DNA from: Alphaproteobacteria bacterium
GTDB taxonomy: Bacteria; Pseudomonadota; Alphaproteobacteria; UBA8366
Direction of reading: 5' to 3'
Assembly: GCA_049601975.1 (NCBI GenBank)
Contig: JBMYRC010000002.1
Span: 18,683 to 82,682 of the forward strand
Length of the DNA stretch: 64,000 nt
In this document: positions 1 to 10,266 of the stretch, piece by piece
Layout: each line of letters starts with the position of its first letter
Numbering within the stretch: the stretch's first letter is position 1
Notes under the pieces: model-generated
Seen by the model: the letters and a program-made list of their open reading frames with translations, nothing else
Told to the model about the DNA's origin: nothing
Database searches by the model: none
Translations under genes and position numbers: made by a program

Positions 1-1171
1 GACGATGGTGACAGCTGGTGTCTTTATGGTCTGCCGCTTGTCACCAATGTTCGAATACTCAGAGACGGCGTTGATGGTCGTTACCGTGGTTGGCGCCTCG
101 ACTGCGTTCTTCGCGGCAACCGTCGGATTGACGCAAAACGACATTAAGCGGGTGATCGCCTATTCGACGTGCTCGCAGCTTGGCTACATGTTCTTCGCCG
201 CCGGCGTCTCGGCCTATGGCGCCGCGATGTTCCACCTTTTCACACATGCCTTCTTCAAAGCCTTGTTGTTCTTAGGCTCGGGCTGCGTCATTCACGCCAT
301 GTCCGACGAACAAGATATGCGTAAGATGGGCGGTATCTGGAAGCATATTCCGGTCACTTACACCTATATGTGGATAGGTAGTTTGGCGCTTGCAGGAGTC
401 GGCATACCGGGCGTTTTTGGTTTTGCTGGATTCTATTCAAAGGACGTCATTCTCGAATCATCTTGGGCTGCAAATAGCGGCGTTGGTTATTACGCATTCT
501 GGCTTGGTATTGCCGCTGCGTTCATGACGGCCTTCTATTCCTGGCGACTGTTGTTCATGACATTTCATGGTAAAACGCGGGCGGACGAACGGGTATTTGC
601 CCATGTTCATGAATCCCCGAAAATCATGACGGTGCCCCTCGCGGTTCTTGCAATTGGCGCAATTGTCGCCGGTTTTGTTGGACACGATGCCTTTATCGGC
701 AACGGATACGGTGCCTTCTGGGGTGAGTCGTTGAAAGTTCTGCCGACACATACAGCCCTCGCGGAAGCCCATAACGTGCCGCTGTTAATAAAGCTCTTGC
801 CGCTCTTTATGGGAGCCGGCGGTATTTGGCTCGCCTATCGGATGTACATCCAAAATCCCGGTATGGCGGACCGGTGGATGAACTATCACAAAGAGCTTTA
901 TGCGTTCAGCTTGAACAAATGGTATTTCGACGAATTATACGATCGCATTTTCGTCCGGCCTGCATTCTGGTTGGGTAACCTGTTTTGGAAGAGGGGCGAT
1001 GGCGCGATCATTGACGGCTTTGGGCCGGATGGGATCGCGGCGGTTACGCGTCGCGTGGCGTCGCGCATGAGTTGGCTGCAGAGCGGCTACGTTTATCACT
1101 ATGCTTTCGCCATGATGATCGGTGTTGTTTTGCTGGTCACCTGGTATTTGGCCGTCGAAACGGCGGGGTAG
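1..1171 (+). CDS. nuoL: NADH-quinone oxidoreductase subunit L, C-terminal ~390 aa (5' end lies upstream of the window)
   Basis: Frame is open from the window edge to TAG 1169-1171 (track ORF 5-1171). Hydrophobic antiporter-like ND5/NuoL sequence. Lies directly upstream of nuoM and nuoN. Confidence 0.9.
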   Translation, partial: TMVTAGVFMVCRLSPMFEYSETALMVVTVVGASTAFFAATVGLTQNDIKRVIAYSTCSQLGYMFFAAGVSAYGAAMFHLFTHAFFKALLFLGSGCVIHAMSDEQDMRKMGGIWKHIPVTYTYMWIGSLALAGVGIPGVFGFAGFYSKDVILESSWAANSGVGYYAFWLGIAAAFMTAFYSWRLLFMTFHGKTRADERVFAHVHESPKIMTVPLAVLAIGAIVAGFVGHDAFIGNGYGAFWGESLKVLPTHTALAEAHNVPLLIKLLPLFMGAGGIWLAYRMYIQNPGMADRWMNYHKELYAFSLNKWYFDELYDRIFVRPAFWLGNLFWKRGDGAIIDGFGPDGIAAVTRRVASRMSWLQSGYVYHYAFAMMIGVVLLVTWYLAVETAG

Positions 1172-1176
1172 GAACG

Positions 1177-2703
1177 ATGGCCAGCGATATGCCGATCCTT
1201 AGTATAGTAACCTTCTTACCGCTTGTCGGCGCACTGCTGATCTTGTTGCTGGTGCGCGGCAATGTGGAAGAGACTGCCAATAACGCCCGTTGGAGTGCCC
1301 TTTGGACCTCGTTGATCAATTTAGTGATCTCGATCTTCATTTGGACCGGCTTCGATAATTCAACGCATGCCTTCCAATTCGTCGAGAAGACACAATGGAT
1401 GCCGGCGTTCAATATCAACTATCACATGGGCGTCGACGGTATTTCTGTCTTCTTTGTGTTGTTGTCCACGTTGCTGACGCCGATCTGTATTCTGGCGAGC
1501 TGGAACGCCATTCAGGAGAAAGTGAAAGAGTACATGATCGCCTTCCTCGTCCTTGAGACGATGATGGTGGGCATGTTCTGTGCGCTGGACTTTGTGGTCT
1601 TTTACATCTTCTTCGAAGCTGTTCTGATCCCGATGTTCCTGATCATTGGTGTCTGGGGTGGAGCGCGTCGGGTCTATGCGGCCTTTAAGTTCTTCCTATA
1701 CACGCTGCTCGGCTCCGTCTTGATGCTTTTGGCCATTATGGTCGCTTATTTCCAAGCGGGTACGACCGATATTCCAACGCTAATGGCATTCAATTTCCCA
1801 ATCGAGCTGCAATATTGGATGTGGCTTGCGTTCTTTGCCTCATTTGCCGTCAAAGTGCCTATGTGGCCCGTCCATACGTGGTTGCCGGATGCTCACGTCG
1901 AGGCACCTACTGCTGGCTCGGTGATCTTGGCGGGCGTTTTGCTGAAGATGGGCGGATACGGATTCTTGCGCTTCTCCTTGCCGATGCTGCCGGAGGCATC
2001 CGAATTCTTCACGCCTTTGATTTACGGCCTCAGCGTCATCGCGGTGATCTATACGTCGCTTGTTGCGCTGGCGCAGGAAGACATGAAGAAACTTATCGCG
2101 TATTCATCGATCGCTCATATGGCGTTTGTTACGGTCGGAATCTTTGCGGGTAACGAACAAGCTGTAGCCGGTTCGATTCTCCAAATGCTGAGCCACGGTT
2201 TAGTCTCGGCCGCGTTGTTCCTATGTGTCGGCGTTGTCTACGACCGTATACATTCGCGCGAGATCAACACATATGGCGGCTTGGTTCATCGGATGCCGCT
2301 CTACGCTTTCGTCTTTTTGTTCTTTGCTTTGGCATCGGTTGGGCTCCCGGGAACCAGCGGGTTCGTCGGCGAAATTCTGATCCTTGTGGGGGCGTTTAAG
2401 GCCAATACATGGGTCGCGGCGCTGATTGCAATTGGTATGGTCCTTGGCGCGGCATATATGCTGTATCTCTATAGGAGGGTGATCTTTGGTGAATTGACAA
2501 AAGATCATTTGATGAAAATTCTCGACCTCGACCGTCGAGAGATCATAATTTTCGCGCCGCTTATCGTACTCGTATTGTGGATGGGAATTTATCCTGCTTC
2601 GTTCTTGGATGTGATGGATGCGTCGGTTGTGAATTTAGTGAAGGATTATAACGCGGCCCTTGCGGCGGCCGCGGAAAGTTCAGTAACGACGGCGTTGAAG
2701 TAG
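1177..2703 (+). CDS. nuoM: NADH-quinone oxidoreductase subunit M
   Basis: Track ORF 1072-2703. Start moved to ATG 1177 ([19 protein letters not shown]...), 5 nt after the nuoL stop and preceded by GGGGTAGGA. ND4/NuoM-type polytopic membrane protein. Confidence 0.92.
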   Translation: MASDMPILSIVTFLPLVGALLILLLVRGNVEETANNARWSALWTSLINLVISIFIWTGFDNSTHAFQFVEKTQWMPAFNINYHMGVDGISVFFVLLSTLLTPICILASWNAIQEKVKEYMIAFLVLETMMVGMFCALDFVVFYIFFEAVLIPMFLIIGVWGGARRVYAAFKFFLYTLLGSVLMLLAIMVAYFQAGTTDIPTLMAFNFPIELQYWMWLAFFASFAVKVPMWPVHTWLPDAHVEAPTAGSVILAGVLLKMGGYGFLRFSLPMLPEASEFFTPLIYGLSVIAVIYTSLVALAQEDMKKLIAYSSIAHMAFVTVGIFAGNEQAVAGSILQMLSHGLVSAALFLCVGVVYDRIHSREINTYGGLVHRMPLYAFVFLFFALASVGLPGTSGFVGEILILVGAFKANTWVAALIAIGMVLGAAYMLYLYRRVIFGELTKDHLMKILDLDRREIIIFAPLIVLVLWMGIYPASFLDVMDASVVNLVKDYNAALAAAAESSVTTALK

Positions 2704-2714
2704 GGAAACTAAAG

Positions 2715-4163
2715 ATGACCGATATGCCCAACTTCTACCCAGCTCTCCCCGAAATCTTTCTTGCGTGTTCGGCGATGGCCTACATGATGGTAGGTGTTTT
2801 CGTTAACGAGAAAAAAGCCCTTTCAGTCGTTCATGTTCTGTCGCTTGCGTCATTGATCATTGTCGGCATCCTGCTGGTCTCGATGCGTGGTAAGCCGATG
2901 AGTGGTTTCAATGGCCAATTCGTCAGTGATGACTTCGCCATTTATATGAAGTTGCTGGTACTTCTTGGCTCGTTCGTGACCTTGCTCATGAGTCAAAGCT
3001 ACCTGAAGCGTGAAAACATGGCGCGGTTCGAGTATCCGGTCCTCGTTTTATTCGCGACTGTCGGCATGATGATGATGGTCTCGGCGAACGACCTCATCGC
3101 GCTCTATTTGGGCTTGGAACTGCAAAGCCTCTCGCTTTACGTCCTGGCGGCATTTAAACGCGATACCACGCGTTCTTCGGAAGCCGGATTGAAGTATTTC
3201 GTTCTGGGTGCGTTGTCCTCCTGTATGCTGCTGTACGGCTGCTCGATGATTTACGGCTTTACGGGCACCACGGCGTTTGACGACCTCGCGAAGGTGCTCA
3301 GCGGCTCTGAGAGTGCCTCAATCGGCCTCATCGTCGGCATCGTGTTCTTGATCGCGGGGCTTGCATTTAAAGTCTCCGCCGTGCCGTTCCATATGTGGAC
3401 ACCCGATGTCTATGAAGGCGCACCGACACCAGTGACGGCGTTCTTTGCGCTGGCGCCTAAGATTGCGGCTATCTCGCTCTTCGTGCGTGTGATGATCGAT
3501 CCTTTCGGCGATCTATTGTCGGAGTGGCGACAAATTATCGTCTTCATCTCGATCGGGTCGATGGTCCTTGGTTCCTTCGCAGCAATTGCTCAGACGAATA
3601 TCAAGCGTCTGATGGCGTATAGCTCTATTGGTCATATGGGATATGCACTGATCGGGCTGGCTGCGGGTGGCACGAATGGCGTGCAAGCGATCATCCTCTA
3701 TATGACGATATACTTGGCGATGAATGCGGGAACCTTTGCCTGCATTCTCTGCATGTGCCGTAAGGGTGAAATGGTGGAGGAAATCTCCGATTTCGCGGGT
3801 CTTAGTAAATCGAATCCGATGTTGGCGGCAGCGTTATTAGTTTTCTTGTTCTCGATGGCGGGAATTCCACCGCTCGCTGGATTTTTCGGCAAGCTATATA
3901 TCTTCCTCGCAGCCATTGAAGCGCAAATGTACACGTTAGCGATCATTGGTGTTGTGGCGAGCGTCGTCGGCGCCTTCTACTATTTGCGTATTGTAAAGAT
4001 CATGTACTTCGATGAGGCCGTGGAACCCTTTGATATGCCCCTGGGTAAGAGCCTTGGCGGGGTCATCACGATCACGAGCATCATCACATTGCTGTTTTTC
4101 TTTTTCCTGTCGCCGGTCCTTGATGGGGCGGCGACAGCGGCGGCGGCACTGACCGCCGGATAA
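2715..4163 (+). CDS. nuoN: NADH-quinone oxidoreductase subunit N
   Basis: 482-aa ND2/NuoN-type membrane protein. Last gene of the nuo cluster. Confidence 0.92.
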   Translation: MTDMPNFYPALPEIFLACSAMAYMMVGVFVNEKKALSVVHVLSLASLIIVGILLVSMRGKPMSGFNGQFVSDDFAIYMKLLVLLGSFVTLLMSQSYLKRENMARFEYPVLVLFATVGMMMMVSANDLIALYLGLELQSLSLYVLAAFKRDTTRSSEAGLKYFVLGALSSCMLLYGCSMIYGFTGTTAFDDLAKVLSGSESASIGLIVGIVFLIAGLAFKVSAVPFHMWTPDVYEGAPTPVTAFFALAPKIAAISLFVRVMIDPFGDLLSEWRQIIVFISIGSMVLGSFAAIAQTNIKRLMAYSSIGHMGYALIGLAAGGTNGVQAIILYMTIYLAMNAGTFACILCMCRKGEMVEEISDFAGLSKSNPMLAAALLVFLFSMAGIPPLAGFFGKLYIFLAAIEAQMYTLAIIGVVASVVGAFYYLRIVKIMYFDEAVEPFDMPLGKSLGGVITITSIITLLFFFFLSPVLDGAATAAAALTAG

Positions 4164-4195
4164 GGCGGCTGTGCGCCGGAAACGGTGCAATTAAA

Positions 4196-4927
4196 TTGCC
4201 ATTCGAAATTCACGAACGCGATAAGGTTGCGTCAACCAATGATGTCGCCCGAACGCTTGCGGGAGATGGCGCGCCAGGGTTTAGCGCGGTATGGGCAAAG
4301 GCCCAGTCGTCGGGGCGGGGACGCCGTGGCCGCGAATGGTCCTCTCCTGAGGGGAATCTCTATCTCTCGCTCTTGTTACGGCCGGAATGCTCCATTGCGT
4401 CGGCAGCGCAGCTCTCTCTTGTCGCGGCTCTTGGTTTGGGCGATGCCCTGTCTGAATTCGTGGACACATCGCGAGTTCGGAACAAATGGCCAAATGACGT
4501 ACAATTGGATGGGAAGAAAGTCTCGGGTCTGCTTTTAGAATCTTCTGGAGGTAACACCGAGGTGGTTGAATGGGTGATTGTCGGTTGCGGTGTTAATGTT
4601 GCCGTCCATCCGGATATACCCGATTATCCGACTACTTCTCTTAATGAAGTTGCCGAACAGAACGTGGATGTCGAAGTGCTGCTCAACGCGTTCTTGCGAT
4701 GCTTTGAGGTCAGATACGATGCTTGGCGCGAGAATGGTACGGCGGCCATAAGGGATTGTTGGCTTGAACGAGCGGTCGGTCTCGGGCAAGAAATCACCGT
4801 CCGTCTGCCGACCAAGGAAATTCACGGTGTGTTCGAAGGATTGGATGCCTCTGGCGCCCTGATTTTGGCGCGGACAGACGGAGCGCGTGAATTGATCACG
4901 GCCGGTGAAATTTTCGCCGAACATTAG
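4196..4927 (+). CDS. birA: Biotin--[acetyl-CoA-carboxylase] ligase (group I, no N-terminal HTH domain)
   Basis: 243 aa. Carries the biotin-ligase motif AQSSGRGRRGREWSSPEGNLYLSLLL. Occupies the conserved position after nuoN. Confidence 0.88.
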   Translation: MPFEIHERDKVASTNDVARTLAGDGAPGFSAVWAKAQSSGRGRRGREWSSPEGNLYLSLLLRPECSIASAAQLSLVAALGLGDALSEFVDTSRVRNKWPNDVQLDGKKVSGLLLESSGGNTEVVEWVIVGCGVNVAVHPDIPDYPTTSLNEVAEQNVDVEVLLNAFLRCFEVRYDAWRENGTAAIRDCWLERAVGLGQEITVRLPTKEIHGVFEGLDASGALILARTDGARELITAGEIFAEH

Positions 4928-4936
4928 GGTAGAGCT

Positions 4937-5710
4937 ATGCTGCTTGTCGTTGACTCCGGGAATACCAATACGGTGTTCGCCGTTTATGAAGAGGAGGAGT
5001 GTCGCGGTGTTTGGCGTTGCGGCAGCAATCCCCGTCGCACGGCAGATGAATATGCGGTGTGGCTCATTGACCTGATGGCGCTCGAAAACTTGAACCGTGA
5101 TGTGATCACCGATGCTATTGTCAGTAGCGTCGTTCCCGAAGGTAACTTTAACCTGACGACCCTTTGCCAGCGATATTTCAAATGCGACCCAATGTTCATT
5201 GGGGAAGAGAATTGCGATCTTGGCATTAAAGCTCTCATCGATCGGCCGGATCAGGTGGGTGCCGACCGTCTGGTCAATACAGTGGCGGTGCACGGGCGCT
5301 ACGATGGAGATTTGATCGTCGTTGATTTCGGCACAGCGACGACATTTGATGTCGTCGACAAGGGCGGCAATTACTGCGGCGGGGTTATATGCCCCGGAAT
5401 TAATCTCTCTCTCGATGCGCTCTACATGGCGGCGGCGCAACTACCGCGCGTCGATATAAAGGCGACGACCAGCATTATCGGCAAGGCGACAATTCCGGCG
5501 ATGCAGTCCGGTATCTTTTGGGGGTATATCGGCATGATCGAAGGCCTGGTCGATCGCATTCGTAAGGAATATGGAGCTGAAATGACTGTCGTTGCCACTG
5601 GCGGATTAGCCCCTCTTTTTGCGGAAGCGACTGACGTCATCGATCACGTTTATCCGGATATGACGCTGCGAGGACTGGTCGAAGTACATAAGCGTAATCA
5701 ACCGCAATGA
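4937..5710 (+). CDS. coaX: Type III pantothenate kinase
   Basis: 257 aa. N-terminus MLLVVDSGNTNTVFAVY (ASKHA-fold phosphate-1 motif) is typical of CoaX. Overlaps the next gene by 4 nt. Confidence 0.9.
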   Translation: MLLVVDSGNTNTVFAVYEEEECRGVWRCGSNPRRTADEYAVWLIDLMALENLNRDVITDAIVSSVVPEGNFNLTTLCQRYFKCDPMFIGEENCDLGIKALIDRPDQVGADRLVNTVAVHGRYDGDLIVVDFGTATTFDVVDKGGNYCGGVICPGINLSLDALYMAAAQLPRVDIKATTSIIGKATIPAMQSGIFWGYIGMIEGLVDRIRKEYGAEMTVVATGGLAPLFAEATDVIDHVYPDMTLRGLVEVHKRNQPQ

Positions 5711-7383
5711 GCGACTATCTCAACAGCGGCACTCCGGGTGCCGACGAATTATTATTCTTACCGTTGGGGGGCGCCGGCGAGATCGGCATGAACCTCAACC
5801 TCTATGGCCATGCAGGAAAATGGCTCATGGTGGATTTTGGTATCACTTTCGGTGACGATACCACACCGGGCGTCGATATTATCACGCCTGACCCCACTTT
5901 CATCGCCGAACGAAAAGATCAATTGGCCGGACTGATACTTACGCATGCCCATGAAGATCACTTGGGTGCGGTTCCTTATCTTTGGCCGCGGATCGAATGT
6001 CCGATTTACGCGACGGCGTTTACCGCGAGCGTGTTGCGACGAAAATTATCCGAGACGAGCTTTGGCGACCGTGTGGAGATCAATGTCATTCCATTGTCGG
6101 GTCGGTTTTCAGTCGGTCCATTTGAATTGGAACTCATCACGCTGACCCATTCGATACCGGAACCGAACGCGGTGGTATTGCGAACGGCAGTTGGATCGGT
6201 GATGCATACTGGCGATTGGAAGATTGATCCAGACCCGGTGGTCGGGCTGACGACAGACGAACAGCGCTTGATTGAAGTCGGCGAGGAAGGTGTCCTCGCG
6301 ATGGTGTGTGATTCGACCAATGTGTTCGTCCCGGGGACGTCCGGTTCGGAAGGCGATGTGCGCGAAAACCTCGAAGCCCTCGTAGCCAAGTGTGAACGCC
6401 GCGTGGTGGTTGCCTGTTTTGCCTCCAATGTAGCGCGGTTGGAAACCATCGCTCGTGTCGGTGAAGCGACCGACCGCAGCGTCGCACTTGTTGGACGTTC
6501 GCTTTGGCGAATTTACGAAGCTGCGAAGGAGAACGGATATCTTACCGATATTCCGCCCTTCATCACCGAGAAGGATGTCGGCTATATGCCGCCAGACCGC
6601 GTCTTGATGATCTGCACAGGCAGTCAGGGAGAGCCCAGAGCCGCATTGCCGCGTATTGCGGGTGGTGAGCATCGGGATGTCGCCTTGGAGACGGGAGATA
6701 CCGTTATCTTTTCGAGCCGCGTCATTCCCGGGAATGAAATGGCCATCGGTCGTTTGCACAATCGTTTGATATCTAAAGGGATAGAGGTAATCACGGCATC
6801 GGATGCTGCTATCCATGTCTCTGGGCATCCGGCGCGCGATGAACTTGTTCAGATGTACAATTGGATTCGGCCGCAGATCGCTGTACCGGTGCATGGAGAG
6901 GCCCGGCATATGATCGCCCACGCGAAGCTTGCACGTGATTGCCAGGTGCCACAGCCTATCGTCACGCAAAACGGCTCCATGGTGCGGTTAGCGCCCGGTC
7001 GAGCCGAGATTATCGACGAGGTGTTCTCCGACCGCCTGGCCATAGACGGCAATCGTCTCGTCCCCATGGATAGCCAGGCGATTAAGGCGCGCCGTCGAAT
7101 GACCCATCACGGCACCGCCGTTGCAACGGTCGTCATAGATGAGCATGGCGATTTGATTCGCGATCCGGTCGTTACGGTGAACGGTGTGTACGATGAAGAT
7201 GATGACGACGAAGTGGAATGTGAAGTCGTCGATGCGGTCATCGCGACGATCGAAGATATGCGGGCTAAACAAAGACGGGATGATGAGTTCGTGAGTGAAA
7301 TGTCGCGGCGAGCAGTGCGACGTTGCATTCGCGCGCTCTGTGGTAAGAACCCGCATACTGAAATTCATCTAATTAGAGTTTGA
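5707..7383 (+). CDS. rnj: Ribonuclease J (metallo-beta-lactamase / beta-CASP family)
   Basis: 558 aa. HxHxDH motif (LTHAHEDHLGA). The length and the position after coaX match alphaproteobacterial RNase J. Confidence 0.85.
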   Translation: MSDYLNSGTPGADELLFLPLGGAGEIGMNLNLYGHAGKWLMVDFGITFGDDTTPGVDIITPDPTFIAERKDQLAGLILTHAHEDHLGAVPYLWPRIECPIYATAFTASVLRRKLSETSFGDRVEINVIPLSGRFSVGPFELELITLTHSIPEPNAVVLRTAVGSVMHTGDWKIDPDPVVGLTTDEQRLIEVGEEGVLAMVCDSTNVFVPGTSGSEGDVRENLEALVAKCERRVVVACFASNVARLETIARVGEATDRSVALVGRSLWRIYEAAKENGYLTDIPPFITEKDVGYMPPDRVLMICTGSQGEPRAALPRIAGGEHRDVALETGDTVIFSSRVIPGNEMAIGRLHNRLISKGIEVITASDAAIHVSGHPARDELVQMYNWIRPQIAVPVHGEARHMIAHAKLARDCQVPQPIVTQNGSMVRLAPGRAEIIDEVFSDRLAIDGNRLVPMDSQAIKARRRMTHHGTAVATVVIDEHGDLIRDPVVTVNGVYDEDDDDEVECEVVDAVIATIEDMRAKQRRDDEFVSEMSRRAVRRCIRALCGKNPHTEIHLIRV

Positions 7384-7397
7384 AAGAGGGCGTCAAG

Positions 7398-7802
7398 ATG
7401 ATTGGTCGATTAAATCATGTAGCGATCGTGGTACCGGATTTGGAAGCCGCGTCAGTTTGCTACAAACGAACGCTTGGGGCGACAATATCTGCTCCTCTTG
7501 ATTTGCCTAGCCATGGTGTCAGGACAATCTTCGTCGAACTCCCCAACACCAAAATCGAATTACTCCATCCGCTCGGCGAGGATTCGCCCATAGCCAAATT
7601 CCTGGAAAAAAACCCGGGGGGCGGCATGCATCATATTTGTTATGAAGTCGATGATATCTATGTGGCCCGTGACAAACTGGAAGGTGATGGCATGCGCGTG
7701 CTCGGCGACGGTGAGCCGAGCATTGGAGCGCATGACAAACCGGTTTTGTTCCTGCACCCGAAAGATTTCTCTGGCACCTTGATCGAACTCGAGCAGGCGT
7801 AA
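7398..7802 (+). CDS. mce: Methylmalonyl-CoA epimerase (VOC/glyoxalase fold)
   Basis: Track ORF 7380-7802 starts at a TTG. ATG 7398 (MIGRLNHVAIVVPDLEAA...) with AGAGGG upstream fits epimerase N-termini. Confidence 0.85.
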   Translation: MIGRLNHVAIVVPDLEAASVCYKRTLGATISAPLDLPSHGVRTIFVELPNTKIELLHPLGEDSPIAKFLEKNPGGGMHHICYEVDDIYVARDKLEGDGMRVLGDGEPSIGAHDKPVLFLHPKDFSGTLIELEQA

Positions 7803-7816
7803 AGGATATTAACGCG

Positions 7817-8053
7817 ATGGGCTGGATATCAGGCACCCTTGTATACATCATCACATGGTGGCTCGTATTTTTTTGTGTACTTCCATGGGGCAATCGACCC
7901 TTCGAAGACCCCGAAATCGGGCACGCGACCAGTGCCCCGGTCAACCCTCGCCTGTGGATGAAGGCGGCGGTAACGTCTGGAATAGCCGCGGTCATTTTTG
8001 CGATGATTTGGTTTATCGCAGATGCCGGATTGATTAATTTTAGGGCCAACTAA
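7817..8053 (+). CDS. Small membrane protein, DUF1467 family
   Basis: 78 aa with two predicted TM helices (MGWISGTLVYIITWWLVFFCVLPWG...). It is the usual neighbour of mce in alphaproteobacterial nuo-downstream clusters. Confidence 0.8.
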   Translation: MGWISGTLVYIITWWLVFFCVLPWGNRPFEDPEIGHATSAPVNPRLWMKAAVTSGIAAVIFAMIWFIADAGLINFRAN

Positions 8054-8103
8054 ATCTCTATTTCTATCCCAGTGAGAATTTCTTAGAAAAAGGAATTGCG
8101 AAT

Positions 8104-9756
8104 ATGCCAACGGCCGCGAAGGTTCTGCTCGATACCCTTGTCGCACATAATATTGATCGTGCGTTCTGCGTTCCAGGTGAGAGTTATCTCTCTGTGATGG
8201 ATGAGCTGCATGGCGATCCGGTATTGGACCTCGTCACCTGTCGTCATGAGGGTGGAGCCGCCTGGATGGCGTTGGCGGACGCCAAATTGACGGGACGGGC
8301 AGGGGTCGTGTTCGCTAGCCGCGGGCCCGGAGCGACGAACGCTTCGATTGCCGCGCATTCCGCGGAACAAGGCTCTTTTCCCTTGGTCCTGATGCTAGGA
8401 CAAGTCAGCACCGGTAAAATCGGTAAGCACGCTACTCAAGAAATCAATTACAGCAAAACCTTTTCCGACATGGCGAAATCAGTCGAAGAAGTCGATGTGC
8501 CAGACCGGATTGGCGAAATCGTTGCCCGTGCCATTCGAATCGCGGAAAGCGGAACGCCGGGCCCTGTTGTTGTCTCCTTGCCAACTGATGTACTGGCGGC
8601 GGCATCAAAGTCGAAAATTGTGGCACGTCGGAAGGCTGCCACCGTGCGTCCAAATGGCAGCGATACCGCATATGTCGCGGAGCAAATTGCCAAGGCTAAA
8701 CGCCCGGTTATGATCGTTGGTGGACGGCTTGATTCAACGGAAGGGAGACGGGCGCTGCTTGCTGCCAGTGAAGCGTGGGGCATTCCTGTCCTACCGACGT
8801 ATGTACACCAGGACGTCTTCCCCAACGATCATCCGAACTATGGTGGAGAGCTGGGTATTCGCCCCCCTAAAGGTGTTATGGAAACGGCGATGAATGCGGA
8901 TCTCATAATTGCTGTTGGCACTAAAATGGGGAGCGGAATGGCGACTATGGGTGACCGCATTCCGACGTCCGATCAACGGGTGATCCACGTATATCCAGAC
9001 GAAGGTGCCATCGGCCGAAGTTTTGATATCGATCTTGGTATCGTTTCAAATGCGGGGGCGTTTTTGGAAGCGTTGAACGAACAAAATGCCCCCGCATTAA
9101 CTTCGGAGCGGCATGCTTGGTTGGCTAGCGCGCATAAGGGCTATACCGACTTCTCCGAAGCGCCATTACGTAATTCTGAAGATGGATTGGAATTCGGTCA
9201 CGTGATTGAGGCGATGAAAACGCATGTCCCGGATGATGCGGTGGTCACTGTGGATGCGGGTAGCTTTTCGAGTTGGTTGCATCACAAGTATCCCTTTAAG
9301 TCGACACAGAACCTTCTCGGTTCCGAATGTGGGGCAATGGGAATGAGTATTCCGGCGGGCGTGGCCGCCGCAATCCGACATCCGGAGCGCCGAGTGGTCG
9401 CGGTCGTGGGTGACGGTGGCGCCTTGATGTCGGCCTATGAGCTGGCGACGGCCATGGCGAGTTGTGTGAAAAATCTTTGTATCGTGATTTCCAATAACAA
9501 CGCTTACGGCACGATCCGCTTCCATCAGGAGACACATTATCCTGGGCGACCGCATGCGACCGACCTAGTGAATCCCGATTTTGCGGTTCTAGCGCAAGCC
9601 TTTGGTGCCAAAGGCTTGGTGATCGAAACACCGGATCAAGCGGATGCAGTCATGCGAGAAGCGATGAGTGCGGATGTGCCGGTTATCGTCGAAGCACGAA
9701 CCAGCTTGGAGAACGTGGACGCTAAGAACACGATTTCCGAATTGCGCGCTGTATAG
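8104..9756 (+). CDS. Thiamine-pyrophosphate-binding enzyme, acetolactate-synthase-like (substrate unknown)
   Basis: 550 aa. N-terminal TPP-pyrimidine domain (..FCVPGESYL..RHEGGAAWMA..SRGPGATNA..) and C-terminal TPP-binding GDGG motif (VVGDGGALM...NNNAYG). Confidence 0.85.
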   Translation: MPTAAKVLLDTLVAHNIDRAFCVPGESYLSVMDELHGDPVLDLVTCRHEGGAAWMALADAKLTGRAGVVFASRGPGATNASIAAHSAEQGSFPLVLMLGQVSTGKIGKHATQEINYSKTFSDMAKSVEEVDVPDRIGEIVARAIRIAESGTPGPVVVSLPTDVLAAASKSKIVARRKAATVRPNGSDTAYVAEQIAKAKRPVMIVGGRLDSTEGRRALLAASEAWGIPVLPTYVHQDVFPNDHPNYGGELGIRPPKGVMETAMNADLIIAVGTKMGSGMATMGDRIPTSDQRVIHVYPDEGAIGRSFDIDLGIVSNAGAFLEALNEQNAPALTSERHAWLASAHKGYTDFSEAPLRNSEDGLEFGHVIEAMKTHVPDDAVVTVDAGSFSSWLHHKYPFKSTQNLLGSECGAMGMSIPAGVAAAIRHPERRVVAVVGDGGALMSAYELATAMASCVKNLCIVISNNNAYGTIRFHQETHYPGRPHATDLVNPDFAVLAQAFGAKGLVIETPDQADAVMREAMSADVPVIVEARTSLENVDAKNTISELRAV

Positions 9757-9950
9757 CTCTAAATGGCGAATAATTATAAGGGATGACCGGGCATCGTTCT
9801 ATAAAGATTGTGAATTCCGGTGTACACTTAATGAGCCTTAGCTATCTGCCTGGGCCCCACCAGGATCAATGTCCCATCCATTCTGAAATTTGGTGTGCTT
9901 CTTTGCTTTGGTGCTAGGATACCGTCAGGTTCTGGCAAGCTGAATAGGGT

Positions 9951-9982
9951 AAAAAAAAGAGGCAAGAACCAAGTTCTCACCT
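9951..9982 (-). terminator. Rho-independent terminator (stronger when read on the minus strand)
   Basis: Minus strand reads AGGTGAGAAC-TTG-GTTCTTGCCT, a 10-bp stem with two G-U pairs, followed by C and T8 (9958-9951). The plus-strand version has two C-A mismatches and only T5. Confidence 0.55.
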
Positions 9983-10150
9983 TTTTAATTTAAAGATTCT
10001 GCTCGCAACCTGAGATTTTTGATCTTCTTAAATGACATCCCCCTAGGACTTGCAAGCACCCTCCCCAGACTCGGGCCGTAATGTTTTTAATAACTTTCTT
10101 TATTAAACGATGAGTGTAGGCGAACTCCTTTTCGACGTCACGCACTTTTC

Positions 10151-10165
10151 GAACAAAGTTCGAAC
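10151..10165. promoter_or_regulatory. Candidate LexA operator (alphaproteobacterial direct-repeat SOS box GAAC-N7-GAAC)
   Basis: Plus strand reads GAACAAAGTTCGAAC inside the tandem TTCGAACAAA-G-TTCGAACAAA. It is the same motif class as the box upstream of lexA at 40950-40964. It lies in ORF-free DNA. Confidence 0.5.
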
Positions 10166-10266
10166 AAATTTACCAATATTGTCAAATGTCTAAAGAAAGG
10201 CGAATTTCGACACGAACGCGCCCGCAAGAATTAAAATTGTGGGCGTTGCTTCGCTCTAGCGCCCGC

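Noticed and set aside
9835-9950. Strings reminiscent of bacterial SRP (4.5S) RNA: CTGCCTGGGCCCCACC and CCGTCAGGTTCTGGCAAGCTGA
   Set aside because: The two pieces are in the wrong order relative to 4.5S RNA. The invariant GGUCAGGUCCGGAAGGAAGCAGC core is mismatched at several critical positions. No long closing helix can be drawn. The resemblance is most likely chance.
10148-10170. GTTCGAAC strings resembling a tRNA T-arm
   Set aside because: No acceptor, D or anticodon stems can be built around them. The motif is better explained as the GAAC-N7-GAAC direct repeat.
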